A DNA stretch of 63,823 nt, filler included, from Octopus bimaculoides (GCF_001194135.2; 7 parts of 6 records of this genome joined end to end with filler, not necessarily neighbours in it), one strand, 5' to 3'; positions 25,050-39,317 are shown, counted from the first letter of the whole stretch. The notes: generated from the sequence alone by a model not told the origin. Numbers and translations: made by a program.

Positions 25050-26540
25050 ATCCCCTTGTTTGGTCTACTTGGGAGCCGATCCCCTCTCCTCCATGCATTC
25101 TCTATGTTTCTCTTCTAATAGTACTTTCATACCTCTTTCTCTTCAGTAACAGTAAGGGCCAGTTTATTGCCTTCTGTATACAAACTATATTTATATATTC
25201 TACATATAATTCTCCCTTATGACAACTCATTCTTCTCAAGCACAGTGTCTTGCAATCTGGAATACCTCACACCTTTGGTTTTTGTGTTGTAGAATGTGTG
25301 TAGATTCCTTACTTTCTGCTTCTTCTTTAACTAAGTATTCTTAAGGCCTAGCTTTTCTAGCTTGTTTGCATTGCTTTCTGCTGCCTACTTTTGCCCAGTT
25401 TTTCCAAGTCTGTCTCTTTACTTTTTGTGACTTTGTTTACTTCACTGTTCTTCCATTGTCAGGTTAGGTTGCCCTCAACAAATTGTGTTGTATGAATTTC
25501 CAGTTTTGTTCAATGTCATAAGTCTCTATCCTTCTCTTTCCTATCTCAAGTATCTACCAGAACTTCTCTGTATCTACAACTAACTGACATATCTGTCAAC
25601 TTCCATGACTTCCATTTTCAGATTGCATTTTGTTTCTGAGTCTGCCAGACTCTCACTCTGAAATCTTTAATAACTATATTATTCTTCACCAGAAAAAAAA
25701 AAAAAAACTTAGCATTTATAAAAATCTGCCTGTCCCATTTCTAGTTCAGAAGAAAGTCTGTCTGGCTGGTGTGTTCCCCAGATTCATATATGATCACATG
25801 GCTGGCTGGATTCCTGAAGCTGATAATGCAAATTGTTAGGCCATTTGCATCACAGAATTATAGGAGTCCTGATCTCTTCTCATTCCCTGCGCTATATTCA
25901 TAATTCACATGCATGGCAGAGAAGCCACCATGGAGCTGCCCAATATCATCTCCATGATCTTCCACATCATCATTTAACATATACTTTTCCACATTTGTCT
26001 GGGTCAAACAGAATTTGTTGAGGCAGTATTTCTTCAACAGGATGCTCTTCCTGCTGCCAACCCTCACCTGCTTCCAGGTAATATAATATTTCCCATCGGG
26101 AGAAACATAAAATTTCCCAACATGTTTATTAAAATTGTTAGTCATAAAAATGAGCTCATCGTTGTTTGTTGTCATGGTATACAGTAGGGGAGCTTTATAA
26201 AAGTGGGCTTGCAGCTTATCCACCATACTTGAATGTGGGGCATAATGGAAATAACAGTGGCTGTTGTTTATTTTTCTCTGACTAACCTAGACTTAATTAT
26301 TCTGTCACATACTATGACTGCCTTAACTACTTATCTATCCATTTCTTTGCTGGCAATATGCCAATTTTATCTTCCCTATTGGTATTACCCACCTAGAAGA
26401 ATCTTAGCACTTTGTCTATGACATGTCTGGCTGAGGGACACCTCCATCTTGTCTCTTGCACACAACACACGTTATCTTTGCTCCTGTATTTCAACAAAAT
26501 TTCCAACCCACCTTTCATTGTGCTGACATTTGGAGCAGTT
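25050..26540 (-). mobile_element. Decayed RTE LINE: APE endonuclease and EN-RT linker
   Basis: NVSTMKG..CCVQETRW..GILPAKKWIDK..VCDRII..NNFNKHVG..FCDANGLTIC..SQTDFL; linker WKNWAKVGSR..EVFQIARHC; many stops and frameshifts. Confidence 0.85.
25965..26125 (-). mobile_element. SINE-like insertion nested in the RTE endonuclease region
   Basis: CATCATCATTTAAC tail and GGATGCTCTTCCTGCTGCCAACCCTCACC motif interrupt the EN frame between HVGKF and DIGQLHGG. Confidence 0.7.
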
Positions 26541-26920
26541 TTTCTAATAAATGTTAGGAAGCTCCAGTGGTGTTTAGGTAAACTTGTACGTCACCTTTGC
26601 ATCTGAAATAAAATAAAATGTGATTGTTCATTCTTCTCATACATAGCTTGAGTATTTTCACTGAATGATTATAAATATATACACATACATAAACACACAG
26701 AAATATATTATTATAATTCATTTTATCAAATGTACAAATAACCTTCGAATATTTTGAAGGAAACTGAAATTGGAACAGAAGATGTTATGGCTATATCATG
26801 AGATGGAATAGTTAGCTTAAGTAATCATCTCAGAGATTTATTTCCCTTTAAATATTGATACTAAGTGTGTGCATATCTATTTTCACAGGCTCACATATGC
26901 ACACATGAGTGCATAGAGAT

Positions 26921-26953
<33 letters not shown>

Positions 26954-27807
26954 GCATGCACACAAGTATGTGCGTATGCTTACAAATATTAAAGTACATA
27001 GACTGAATGAATTAAATGAGTTTAACCTGGAATAAAATTCAACAATTTGAAAATAAGATATATAGAAAGTGTATAGAATAAATGTTAGAATTTATAATTG
27101 GTATAAATCGTATAAAAATGGATGGGTAATTGGACAGACAAACAGACATATACATGGAAAGATAGGTAGGCAGATGCATAAATAAATGGGTTCATAAATA
27201 GGCAAATAGATAGATAGGTATATAGGCAAATAAATAACAAGATATACAAAAGATAAGGATAATACAAAATAGATAATAGAGAGATAGATAAACAAATAAA
27301 TTAGAGAAGTAAAAAGAGAGACCGACAAGCATATAGTTGTATAGGGTGACAAAGAGGCAGATTTGTGTAGAAATATATATATATAGATATCTATGTGTGT
27401 GCACACAAGGATAGCTGTAAGTATAAAGTGTATAGTTATAAACATGGATAGATACAACAAAGCAGAAACATAAGGGGACATAATATTTAATAGAGTCATG
27501 AGAGGATATGAGTAAGTTGTGTAAGATCTGATTGCCTGAAGAGTGACATATGAAGAAGTACTACAGAGCCTGTTGATTGCCAGATGTTTTGTGTAAGAGG
27601 TTGGATCCATGAAAGAACTGAAGTGATATTGTTCATTTATTGGACTTTCCCTGTGGTTCCAAGACCTTAGGATGTATTTCTATTCATGCTTGCACTTTCC
27701 CAGTATCTTTGACTGGTTTCCTCAAGTGCTTTCAGACTAGTCTTTGTTCAGCAGTCCATACACTGCAACTTTTGCTCCCATTTCTGTATTTCATGCTCTC
27801 ATTCAAG

Positions 27808-27837
27808 GTCAGCTCTTTTAAAGATAAGATGTATGTG
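27808..27837 (+). CDS. Candidate 30-nt microexon (phase 2/2), SALLKIRCM
   Basis: Long pyrimidine tract ...ctctcattcaag|G...TG|gtgagt; frame-compatible with the 23239-23276 exon. Confidence 0.3.
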
Positions 27838-28088
27838 GTGAGTTTGGTTGTAAGCCATCCTTCTATGTTTCAGAAATTATAGATGGATATAGTATGAATT
27901 TTCATATTTCACTTTGGTCAAGCATGTGTACAGTGGGACGGTGTGTTCTAGGTTGTGGTTTGAATTTTCAACTTTGAATATATCAAAATAACATATTTGT
28001 GTGTGTGTGTGTGTGTGTGTGCATGTGTGTGAATGTGTGTATATGTATAAATCATACAATTTAACTAATATATATGTATATATGTATG

Positions 28089-28171
<83 letters not shown>

Positions 28172-28269
28172 GTATGTATATAAATATATATATGTATATC
28201 TATGTATACATATGTATGTATATGCATGTATATAAATATATGTATACATGTGTATTTATATATGTATTT

Positions 28270-28650
28270 ATTGTCGTTGTGGCACTCCGTCGGCTACGTT
28301 GACGAGGGTTCCAGTTGATCCAGTCAACGGAACAGCATGCTCATAAAATTAACGTGCAAGTGCGTGAACATTCCACAGACACATGTACCCTTAATGTAGT
28401 TCTCGAAGAGATTCAGCATGACACAGAGTATGACAAGGCTGGCTCTTTGAAATACAGGTACAACAGAAACAGGAAGAAAGAGTTATGGTGAAAGAGTACA
28501 GCAGGGTTTGCCCCACCACCTGCAGGAGCCTCATGGAGCTTTAGGTGTTTTTGCTCAATAAACACTCACAATGCCCAGTCTGAGAATTGAAACCATGATC
28601 CTACAAATGTGAGTCTGCTGCCCTAACCACTGGACCATTGTGACTCCACA
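28270..28650 (-). mobile_element. tRNA-derived SINE (further family)
   Basis: Minus strand head ATGGTCCAGTGGTTAGGGCAGCAGACTC...GGTTTCAATTCTC; a partial opposite-strand match at about 29260-29350. Confidence 0.75.
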
Positions 28651-28772
28651 TATGCATTTATATACACGTATATATGTATTTATATACATGCGCATGCACA
28701 CACATACACACACACATATACACATACACACATATATACACACACATGTGCACACACACTGGCACACACATA

Positions 28773-28813
<41 letters not shown>

Positions 28814-29459
28814 TTATATATGTCTACATGTGAGTGAATGGTGCGTCTCCTGACTTTGTATTCCTGCCTGCTGTAAGAAGCAACTATAAGAAAGTTAGAG
28901 TTGGGAAGGACAAATAGCAAAATATTGCCTCAAATGCATTGTCTGAGCCAGCAATCGATGCTTAAGTAAAGCAGACATAAAGCAATACTGACAATGACTG
29001 AAAGAATGCTAGACGTACATACCTGCACAAATATCTATCTATCTAGCTATCTATCTATCTATCTATCTATTTTTCTCTTTACCCACTCATATAAATGTAT
29101 ATCCATTTACATACATATATCATCATCATCATCATCATCATTGACAGTATATTCAGTCCTACTAAATGGTACCTCAAGCATTTGTTTATTATTTAAGAAC
29201 ACCAAAACCCTGTAATTGAAATTGGGTTGACTAAAACAGTGTGGAAGACTGTTGTTAGCTGCATTGCATTGGTAATTTAAAGGTCCACCCTTGTAACATA
29301 CTGTGTCACACTGATTTTGTCCAAGACATAATTTAAGGGTACACATGTTTGAGTACCACTTCATACCTTAATTTGAAGTTTCAGCTAATTAGTTGATGAA
29401 ACAAATGAAAACTCAAAAGTGATACATTCTACTTATTTAAATATATATATATATGTATG

Positions 29460-29508
<49 letters not shown>

Positions 29509-29608
29509 NNNNNNNNNNNNNNNNNNNNNNNNNNNNNNNNNNNNNNNNNNNNTTAATTAATTAANNNNNNNNNNNNNNNNNNNNNNNNNNNNNNNNNNNN
29601 NNNNNNNN
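29509..29608. other. Assembly spacer: 44 N + TTAATTAATTAA + 44 N
   Basis: The identical 100-base construct recurs at 44062, 50050, 52519, 58301 and 61924; it places stops in all six frames. Confidence 0.97.
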
Positions 29609-29849
29609 ACGACAACTTTCACATGGAACTTATGGATTTCATTTTTTTTTAAGAAGACTAAGAGAAAAAGATATTTTATATGACACATTCTACCAGTGTT
29701 CCCAGTTTCAAAGTGTTTCGTTAATGAAAAATGTGGCCCCCGTTTTAAAAAAGATCCCTTTTCTCTAATAGACGCTACACTTGTAGGATGAGAGACGCTA
29801 AATATTGATTCCGCCAGCTCACCGCCTTATGAAAGATACTAATATTTGC

Positions 29850-30055
29850 CATTGTCGTCGTTTGTACGCCGGGTAAAGTGCTTAGAGACATTTAGTCCGT
29901 CTTTATGTTCTGAGTTCAAATTCCACTGAGGTCGACTTTGCCTTTCATCCTTCGGGTCCGATAAAATAAGTACCAGTCAAGTACTGGGCTCGATATAATC
30001 GATTTACCCCGTTCCCCGAACTTGAAAGCCTTGTGCCAAAATTTGAAATCAATAT
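29850..30055 (+). mobile_element. SINE family B
   Basis: TTCTGAGTTCAAATTCCACTGAGGTCGACTTTGCCTTTCATCC core. Confidence 0.8.
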
Positions 30056-30143
30056 TAATCATTGTTATATATCCGTATATTATTAATTCGTGTTAGTCTT
30101 TTGTGACACTCTGTCGGACAATTTTGATATACTCATATACACA

Positions 30144-30194
<51 letters not shown>

Positions 30195-31692
30195 TTGTAT
30201 ATTTAGATCTCTTCCAAATATACAAAATTTTCTACAAATACCGCTTAGATGTTGTGGATTCAGAGTCTATAGGGATTTAGGGGAAAGAATTTTTGCGAGG
30301 GGGTGGAGAGAGGGGTTTCAGANNNNNNNNNNNNNNNNNNNNNNNNNNNNNNNNNNNNNNNNNNNNNNNNNNNNNNNNNNNNNNNNNNNNNNNNNNNNNN
30401 NNNNNNNNNNNNNNNNNNNNNNNNNNNNNNNNNNNNNNNNNNNNNNNNNNNNNNNNNNNNNNNNNNNNNNNNNNNNNNNNNNNNNNNNNNNNNNNNNNNN
30501 NNNNNNNNNNNNNNNNNNNNNNNNNNNNNNNNNNNNNNNNNNNNNNNNNNNNNNNNNNNNNNNNNNNNNNNNNNNNNNNNNNNNNNNNNNNNNNNNNNNN
30601 NNNNNNNNNNNNNNNNNNNNNNNNNNNNNNNNNNNNNNNNNNNNNNNNNNNNNNNNNNNNNNNNNNNNNNNNNNNNNNNNNNNNNNNNNNNNNNNNNNNN
30701 NNNNNNNNNNNNNNNNNNNNNNNNNNNNNNNNNNNNNNNNNNNNNNNNNNNNNNNNNNNNNNNNNNNNNNNNNNNNNNNNNNNNNNNNNNNNNNNNNNNN
30801 NNNNNNNNNNNNNNNNNNNNNNNNNNNNNNNNNNNNNCCCCCCCCCTGCATCATCATCCCACTTCGGACCTATTTTGGCCAAATTTTTTGGCACTTTAAA
30901 ACCATGGGAAGAGCATATTTGGTAAAAAGATTTTTAAAAATTAATATTTTCAGAGGGAAAAGTGATTAAAGGGCGATTTGGCTGTTGTTTCTAGCACATC
31001 CAAAGACAACCCTCCTCGTTTCTTTATCACTGTCGCATGTATTGATGTTTTTCAATATTTTTCCTCATAAATACATTTATACGCTATAAAAAAGAAAATT
31101 TGAAAAATTATGAATTTTTTGCAACCATACTCCAAATATTGGAGAGCCTGAGAAGGTCATTATTGCTGGCATTTATCCACAGCGATTAAAAAAAAATTAC
31201 GGAGATGTACTTGCATAGCATGTGACTTGATCTGAGATCATATGCTGAAACAAAAACAATGCAGCGTGGAAGATGTTTGTAAACCATTCAAGAACACACG
31301 AATACCGTTAGTTTCACTTGATAATATAATAATACAAATGATATGTGAGCATATGCATGTATACATACATATATGTGCATACCTACATCTACATGTATAT
31401 ATAGATGCATATCCGGGTACAGAACGTAAAAAAAAAACGTGGACAAAAAGGAACGGGAACATAAACAAAGCACAAAAAATCGAACTTCTTTTACGGACAA
31501 CAGAATGAACACATAGGAAAACAGACAAGCCACATATGGAACTTTTCCTTCATCAGCTGCCTCTATTCTAAACTAGGCGTTTCGAAGATGAGGCAGAACG
31601 CGCTCTTATATATAAATATCCAAGATTAGACTGGTTGAATACCTAATAATATAGGCACACACATATATATTATTATTATAAAAACTAAGAAG

Positions 31693-31897
31693 CCGGCGAG
31701 CTGGCAGAATCATTAGCACGCCGGACGAAATGCTAATCGGTATTTTGTCTGTTTTCATGTTCTGAGTTCAAATTCCGCCGAAGTCGACTTTCGGGGTCAA
31801 TAAATAAAGTACCAGTCAAGTACTGGGATCGATGTGATCAGCTTACTCCCACTCAAAAAAATTTCAGGCTTTGTGCCTATAGCAGAAAGGATTGTTA
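31693..31897 (+). mobile_element. SINE family B
   Basis: GGCGAGCTGGCAGAATCATTAGCACGCCGG head to AGAAAGGATTGTT tail. Confidence 0.85.
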
Positions 31898-32220
31898 TAA
31901 AAACCAAGAGAGATGATGGAGACAAGATTGATAAAAATTTATTACTACATTGACAATACCTACAATTGTTTAATTTAATTTCATTTAACCAATTTGGTTA
32001 ATTATTACAATTTTAATAGTACTCTGTATTATTCCTGTTTCATCATTTAATGCTTTCATTATGTTTTAAATATGTATATACAGAGAGAGGGCGAGAGAGA
32101 GAGTGATCGATCGATCGATAGATGGATGGATGGATGGATGGATACATCCATACATACATACAAACGTACATACATACATACATACATACATACATACGTA
32201 TATGTGTATCAACGTATCAG

Positions 32221-32585
32221 GTGCAGGATTAGTTGTGTGGTAAGAAGCTTGTTTTCTAGTCACATAGTTCCGGGTTCAGTCCCACTGCGTAGCACTTTGG
32301 GTGAGTGTTTTCATCTATAGCCCCGGGCCAACCAAAACCTAATGAGTGGATTTGGTAGAGGAAAACTGAAAGAAGCCCGTCGCGCGCGCGTGTATTTGTC
32401 TCCACCGCTTGATGACCAGTGTTTGCGTGTTTACGTCTACATAACTAGCAGTTTGACAAAAGGGAACGATAGAATAAGTAACAGGCCCAAAAAATTAAAA
32501 GTACCGGGGTCGATTCATTCGATTAAACTTCTTCAAGGGGGTGCTCCTGTATGGCCGCAGTCTAATGACTGAAACAAGAAAAAGA
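32221..32585 (+). mobile_element. SINE family A, full length
   Basis: GTGCAGG..TGTGTGGTAAGAAGCTTG head to ATGACTGAAACAAG tail. Confidence 0.85.
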
Positions 32586-32616
32586 ATATATAAAATATAT
32601 ATATATGCTACATACA

Positions 32617-32650
<34 letters not shown>

Positions 32651-32663
32651 CATACATACATAC

Positions 32664-32951
32664 TGCCTCAACAAAAACCTGGAAAAATTAGGGTTCTCAA
32701 AACCTGAAAGAAAAAGGCTGATTAGAAGACTACAGATTCAAGCTATCAATGGAACTGTAAATATATGTAAAACTTTCCAAAAATTTAGCACACAAATACA
32801 TATGCATGCATCTAGACATGAAAATATATACATAAAAACACATCCATAAAACAAACATACAAATCTGCGCATAAATACATATGCATACGCCTAGACATGA
32901 AAATATATACATAAAAACGCACCCATAAAACAAACATACAAATCTGCGCAT
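32664..32951 (+). mobile_element. 3' end of an RLE-type non-LTR element with a 79-bp tandem duplication
   Basis: CLNKNLEKLGFSKPERKRLIRRLQIQAINGTVNICKTFQKF resembles RLE-element C-termini; repeat units at 32794-32872 and 32873-32951. Confidence 0.6.
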
Positions 32952-33452
32952 ACACTAACACCATATAGTGCACACACACACATATGCACAAATACCTAGA
33001 TGATGTTGATAAAAGTTCCAATGAAGGAGCCTTGAATCTATGTTAGAGTCCGGCTCTTTCTCTATGGACAAGAAATACAGAAATGAAATTGATTGATAAC
33101 ATACATACATGTAAACATACATATATCAGTTCCATATCTGCGTAAATTGTTGAGGAAACCATAAGTCAAGAAATATTGAAAGCTATAGTTATAGAGGTAG
33201 AATCAACATTTCTGTTAAGTCAGTATTACTGTGTGTAGAGCTGTTTCAATACATTCTTATATTTCTTGAAAGACTACACAAGGTTTAACCTTTGAAGAAA
33301 ACGACGAACGTGCCCCAGTGTACAGGTGTAAGGCATGACATTCTATACACATCCATATACATACATACACACACATGCAAACGCACAGACATACTTAATG
33401 TATTTTGTACACGTTAATACAATTAATACATATATACAAGTGTGTGTGTATT

Positions 33453-33489
<37 letters not shown>

Positions 33490-33532
33490 AGGCAGAGATA
33501 TAAATAGATATAATATTGATATCTACATATAC

Positions 33533-33591
<59 letters not shown>

Positions 33592-33597
33592 CAGATA

Positions 33598-33654
<57 letters not shown>

Positions 33655-33680
33655 AATGTGTGTATGTGTATGCATATATA

Positions 33681-34563
33681 CAGGGTGCGGTGAATAAATT
33701 GTCGTCTAAGTTACGCAAAAATGAAAATAACACTGACATCTCATTTTAACAGATATATTTACCGAAATTACATAAAAATATCTTGAAATTCTAAACAGTA
33801 AATTTATTCAATAAAATCGCCATTGGCTTCAACCACGACCTCCAGATGACTTCGGAATCTCTTGCAACTCTTCTGGACAGTCCCCTTGTTTAAGTTGGTG
33901 AATGCTGCCATAATCCTTGCCTTCAGTTCATCTTCGGTGTTACAAGTTTTTTTGGTCTCTCGCTCAACTGCGCCCCACACATAATAGTCAAGGGGGTTGC
34001 AGTCTGCGGAGTTAGGTGGCGAGATGTTAGGGGTGATGTGGTTGCAGGAATTCTCTGACAGCCATGACTGGGTTCTCCTGCTTGTGTAGCATGATGCAGA
34101 GTCCTTGTTGCCAGACATAGAGTCTTCCAGCAGACACTCTCTTGACCCAGGGCAGCACTACCTCCTCCAAGCATTTGATGTAGGCCTCCGTGTTGAGTTT
34201 GAGGCTGTGTGGAAAGATGAACGGAGGCATAACGTCGCAACCACTAACGATCACTCCAAACATCGTGATGTTGACCAGTTGTTTGATTTTTATCACTCTC
34301 GGTACATGTCCTCAGATTGCACTCTCCTCAGACTGACACCCAAACACTCTGAAATGCATGTGTTGGAGATACCGGTACGAATGCCAAGCAGTTCAGCATG
34401 TTGTTTCCAAAATTTCTGGCAGAGTGAACTGCGTCATGGTGCTAATTTTCTCACAGACGGTTCCCGAATGACCCTACTATACTGTGCAGTCGACAGAATC
34501 AAAAACAAACAATGCGTTTGCATTAAAAGTATAAAATGGCAACAATTTACCCATTTCACCTTG
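33681..34563 (-). mobile_element. Tc1/mariner DD37D (maT) element, internally deleted
   Basis: TA-flanked diverged TIRs; catalytic region WQQ-D-x37-D (..PPNSADCNPLDYYVWG); frameshifted. Confidence 0.9.
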
Positions 34564-35033
34564 TATACATGTGTGCGTACGTATGTATGTATGTATGTAT
34601 GTATGTATGTATGTAGAGAGAGAGAGAGAGAAATAGAAACATAAAGCTATGCATGAGTTGGGGTGGAATGTAGTAATATGATGTACCCAGAGACTATTAA
34701 CTGAAATAATTCTTTGTAGTTAGATGATTGTACTTCTTTTGTTCAAAATCTAAAAACCGCAAGCAAGGGAAATAACTCCGAAATTGTAGATATTAATTCG
34801 ATAACAGAAACCTCGCTGTGAAAAATGGATCTAGATTTACAGCCAAATGGTGTAAGTTGAGGATATGATCTCGTCAGTAAAATATCTATTTTCAGATGGT
34901 TTAATTTAAAAAGATCAAATTTAGATAGAGAAAAGTGTCGCTGAATTTTTCTCTGATAATGTATATTAACAAATGGCTGAAGGGATTCTATCATAGGTAG
35001 ATAGAAAGATAGAGATATAAGTATGTATATACA

Positions 35034-35082
<49 letters not shown>

Positions 35083-37439
35083 NNNNNNNNNNNNNNNNNN
35101 NNNNNNNNNNNNNNNNNNNNNNNNNNNNNNNNNNNNNNNNNNNNNNNNNNNNNNNNNNNNNNNNNNNNNNNNNNNNNNNNNNNNNNNNNNNNNNNNNNNN
35201 NNNNNNNNNNNNNNNNNNNNNNNNNNNNNNNNNNNNNNNNNNNNNNNNNNNNNNNNNNNNNNNNNNNNNNNNNNNNNNNNNNNNNNNNNNNNNNNNNNNN
35301 NNNNNNNNNNNNNNNNNNNNNNNNNNNNNNNNNNNNNNNNNNNNNNNNNNNNNNNNNNNNNNNNNNNNNNNNNNNNNNNNNNNNNNNNNNNNNNNNNNNN
35401 NNNNNNNNNNNNNNNNNNNNNNNNNNNNNNNNNNNNNNNNNNNNNNNNNNNNNNNNNNNNNNNNNNNNNNNNNNNNNNNNNNNNNNNNNNNNNNNNNNNN
35501 NNNNNNNNNNNNNNNNNNNNNNNNNNNNNNNNNNNNNNNNNNNNNNNNNNNNNNATATATGTATATATATACATATATATATATATATGGTAAAAAAAAT
35601 TCCATATTTTCTTAAACGCTCAGTTTCTAACCATCTTTCCCATTCCTGTAATTCACAATGACATAAAAACAAAATACCGACTCGTTGTACCCTTTTTCTG
35701 CGGGTAAATATATTAGATGGACTAAAGTTGTATTGCCTTGATTTATGTGCCTCTAATCTGCTATATATCACAGTTAGTCGTGTATCCAACTTTATAATCC
35801 CTTAGTAGAACACTGAAAGTATTTTTCATTACCTTTGTTAGATCACTTCGTTCCGTTGTCCATTTCTGGTCGATTTATATACTTATCACTAATGATGTTA
35901 ACAATTGTTATATATTATACGGTTAGACATGTCATTGTTCTCAGTTAAACAGTAGCTGACGATGTGAAATATCAGCTAAACATCTAGAGGTCTCGAGCGG
36001 TAACTTTGATAAATATCGCTCTTTCCCCTTTGATGCCCTTTTCACTGTTTGTTTAATTTACATAGGCATTAAGTCATACTACCTCCATTTATGTTCGTCT
36101 ATCCAGCATAACTGCTGATGGATATGTGTCTGAGAATGAGTAAGTAGAGCTACATAGGTTAGCAAATTGAATGCAATATACTTAAATTCATTTATGAAAA
36201 ATTAGTTTGTAAAAATGTGGTTTGCTATACAATTACAGTTAGAGCTAATTTAACTAATTTTTTCCGTGTGTCAGTGAACAATATTCTTGGTTGATATTTC
36301 ATTTAAGCTGTTGCATATCGACGACTTATGCAAGGTCACTACTATATAAATGTTGGCAAGAAACAATTATCAATTCTAATAATTGTGTGTGTGCGTGTGT
36401 GGTGTGTGCATGTTTGTGTGTGTGTGTGTGTGCATCGATGCATGTATTCGTGTATGAGTACATGTATTTTAAGCTGACTTAATTGCTTTTTTTTTGTGCG
36501 GATAGCGATTCATTTTTTCTTTTCCTTTTTTTCAGTATAATTCCTTACTTCATGTATAATTCTTTCTTTGTTACAGAATCTGTTATTTGTGAATTTTGAA
36601 AAATGTATTTGATGCAAAACATCGTAGTAGAATCCCTTTATCAAGTGAAAATGATGAAGTCTTTATATGAAGTCTTTCTATTTTTAATGAGTACNNNNNN
36701 NNNNNNNNNNNNNNNNNNNNNNNNNNNNNNNNNNNNNNNNNNNNNNNNNNNNNNNNNNNNNNNNNNNNNNNNNNNNNNNNNNNNNNNNNNNNNNNNNNNN
36801 NNNNNNNNNNNNNNNNNNNNNNNNNNNNNNNNNNNNNNNNNNNNNNNNNNNNNNNNNNNNNNNNNNNNNNNNNNNNNNNNNNNNNNNNNNNNNNNNNNNN
36901 NNNNNNNNNNNNNNNNNNNNNNNNNNNNNNNNNNNNNNNNNNNNNNNNNNNNNNNNNNNNNNNNNNNNNNNNNNNNNNNNNNNNNNNNNNNNNNNNNNNN
37001 NNNNNNNNNNNNNNNNNNNNNNNNNNNNNNNNNNNNNNNNNNNNNNNNNNNNNNNNNNNNNNNNNNNNNNNNNNNNNNNNNNNNNNNNNNNNNNNNNNNN
37101 NNNNNNNNNNNNNNNNNNNNNNNNNNNNNNNNNNNNNNNNNNNNNNNNNNNNNNNNNNNNNNNNNNNNNNNNNNNNNNNNNNNNNNNNNNNNNNNNNNNN
37201 NNNNNNNNNNNNNNNNNNNNNNNNNNNNNNNNNNNNNNNNNNNNNNNNNNNNNNNNNNNNNNNNNNNNNNNNNNNNNNNNNNNNNNNNNNNNNNNNNNNN
37301 NNNNNNNNNNNNNNNNNNNNNNNNNNNNNNNNNNNNNNNNNNNNNNNNNNNNNNNNNNNNNNNNNNNNNNNNNNNNNNNNNNNNNNNNNNNNNNNNNNNN
37401 NNNNNNNGTGTGTGTGTGTGTGTGTGTGCATGCGCGTGT

Positions 37440-37471
<32 letters not shown>

Positions 37472-37601
37472 TTTTGTCTGTCTGTCTTGACTGATAGACT
37501 GACAGAAAAGTCAGAGACAAAGACAGAGAGATGGGAAGAGTGAGACGGAGACGGAGAGAGAGAGAGCGAGAAGGAGAGAGAGAGAGAAGGAGAGAGAGAG
37601 A

Positions 37602-37635
<34 letters not shown>

Positions 37636-37645
37636 NNNNNNNNNN

Positions 37646-37699
<54 letters not shown>

Positions 37700-38927
37700 T
37701 GTGTATGCGTGGATTAACACTTGTATAAGTGTAAATAGCATGACTTGTCTGAAGAACAAGAAAGTTTCAGAGGAGAGACATATGCAAAAACAATCTCTGA
37801 ACAGTTGTAACAGACATTCATACTCGTACTTAGACAGGATATATATGCACGCATGCAAACACATACACAGGCACACACATACACACACATACACACAGAC
37901 ATATACATATATACATATACCTATACGTATATTCATATGTATATACATGCACTTGGTGTTTATTGTCTTCTTAGAGCATGGCCAGATGCTGCAACTCTCA
38001 GAGACCTCGTTAAGGAAACTCTGTAACATATGGACATGAATTAAGAATCCAATAAAAATCAACAGCCCGGACGGTAACTAATTGTATTTATATCTGTATA
38101 TGCATATTCATACATGTAGTTGTTACATATATAAATCACACGCGCGCGTGCNNNNNNNNNNNNNNNNNNNNNNNNNNNNNNNNNNNNNNNNNNNNNNNNN
38201 NNNNNNNNNNNNNNNNNNNNNNNNNNNNNNNNNNNNNNNNNNNNNNNNNNNNNNNNNNNNNNNNNNNNNNNNNNNNNNNNNNNNNNNNNNNNNNNNNNNN
38301 NNNNNNNNNNNNNNNNNNNNNNNNNNNNNNNNNNNNNNNNNNNNNNNNNNNNNNNNNNNNNNNNNNNNNNNNNNNNNNNNNNNNNNNNNNNNNNNNNNNN
38401 NNNNNNNNNNNNNNNNNNNNNNNNNNNNNNNNNNNNNNNNNNNNNNNNNNNNNNNNNNNNNNNNNNNNNNNNNNNNNNNNNNNNNNNNNNNNNNNNNNNN
38501 NNNNNNNNNNNNNNNNNNNNNNNNNNNNNNNNNNNNNNNNNNNNNNNNNNNNNNNNNNNNNNNNNNNNNNNNNNNNNNNNNNNNNNNNNNNNNNNNNNNN
38601 NNNNNNNNNNNNNNNNNNNNNNNNNNNNNNNNNNNNNNNNNNNNNNNNNNNNNNNNNNNNNNNNNNNNNNNNNNNNNNNNNNNNNNNNNNNNNNNNNNNN
38701 NNNNNNNNNNNNNNNNNNNNNNNNNNNNNNNNNNNNNNNNNNNNNNNNNNNNNNNNNNNNNNNNNNNNNNNNNNNNNNNNNNNNNNNNNNNNNNNNNNNN
38801 NNNNNNNNNNNNNNNNNNNNNNNNNNNNNNNNNNNNNNNNNNNNNNNNNNNNNNNNNNNNNNNNNNNNNNNNNNNNNNNNNNNNNNNNNNNNNNNNNNNN
38901 NNNNNNNNNNNNNNNNNNNNNNNNNNN

Positions 38928-38985
<58 letters not shown>

Positions 38986-39317
38986 CATATATAACTGGCA
39001 CTCACGATCTGTCTATCATAATGTCTGTCTCTCTCACACTGTACACCCACGTGGACCATGTTCATACAAGCTAATGATTTCATCTATTCCTTCAATTAAC
39101 ATTCAAAATACTACCTGGATTTACCTGAAATTATACTTAAGGACTTATACCTTCACGGAAGTACGGGGCAACCTCCATACTCTCTGGAATAAGATGAGCT
39201 GTGAACTTTATTCTCCTGTCTTTATTCTTCTATCTATTGTTTTATTCTCTATTCTTCTACTGTTTTATTCTTTTATACACTATGAATTCTGTCTGGAACT
39301 TTCCTACATCCACATCT

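Noticed and set aside
29553-29564. TTAATTAATTAA palindromes inside N runs (six occurrences) as a biological motif
   Set aside because: Always exactly 44 N + 12 bases + 44 N; an artificial six-frame-stop scaffold spacer.
31530-31600. Hammerhead on the minus strand (GAAAC ... CTGATGA)
   Set aside because: The core halves are in type II order but the required stem I hairpin and stem II pairing do not form; probably a fragment of a Penelope-associated repeat.
34825-34860. Start exon MDLDLQPNG followed by GTAAGT
   Set aside because: The next acceptor is only about 44 nt away and leads to a stop, with no promoter or partner exon support; could be chance.
36578-36694. Coding exon after the strong acceptor at 36577
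   Set aside because: All three frames hit a stop within about 12 codons; could only be a UTR exon, and the gap hides the rest.
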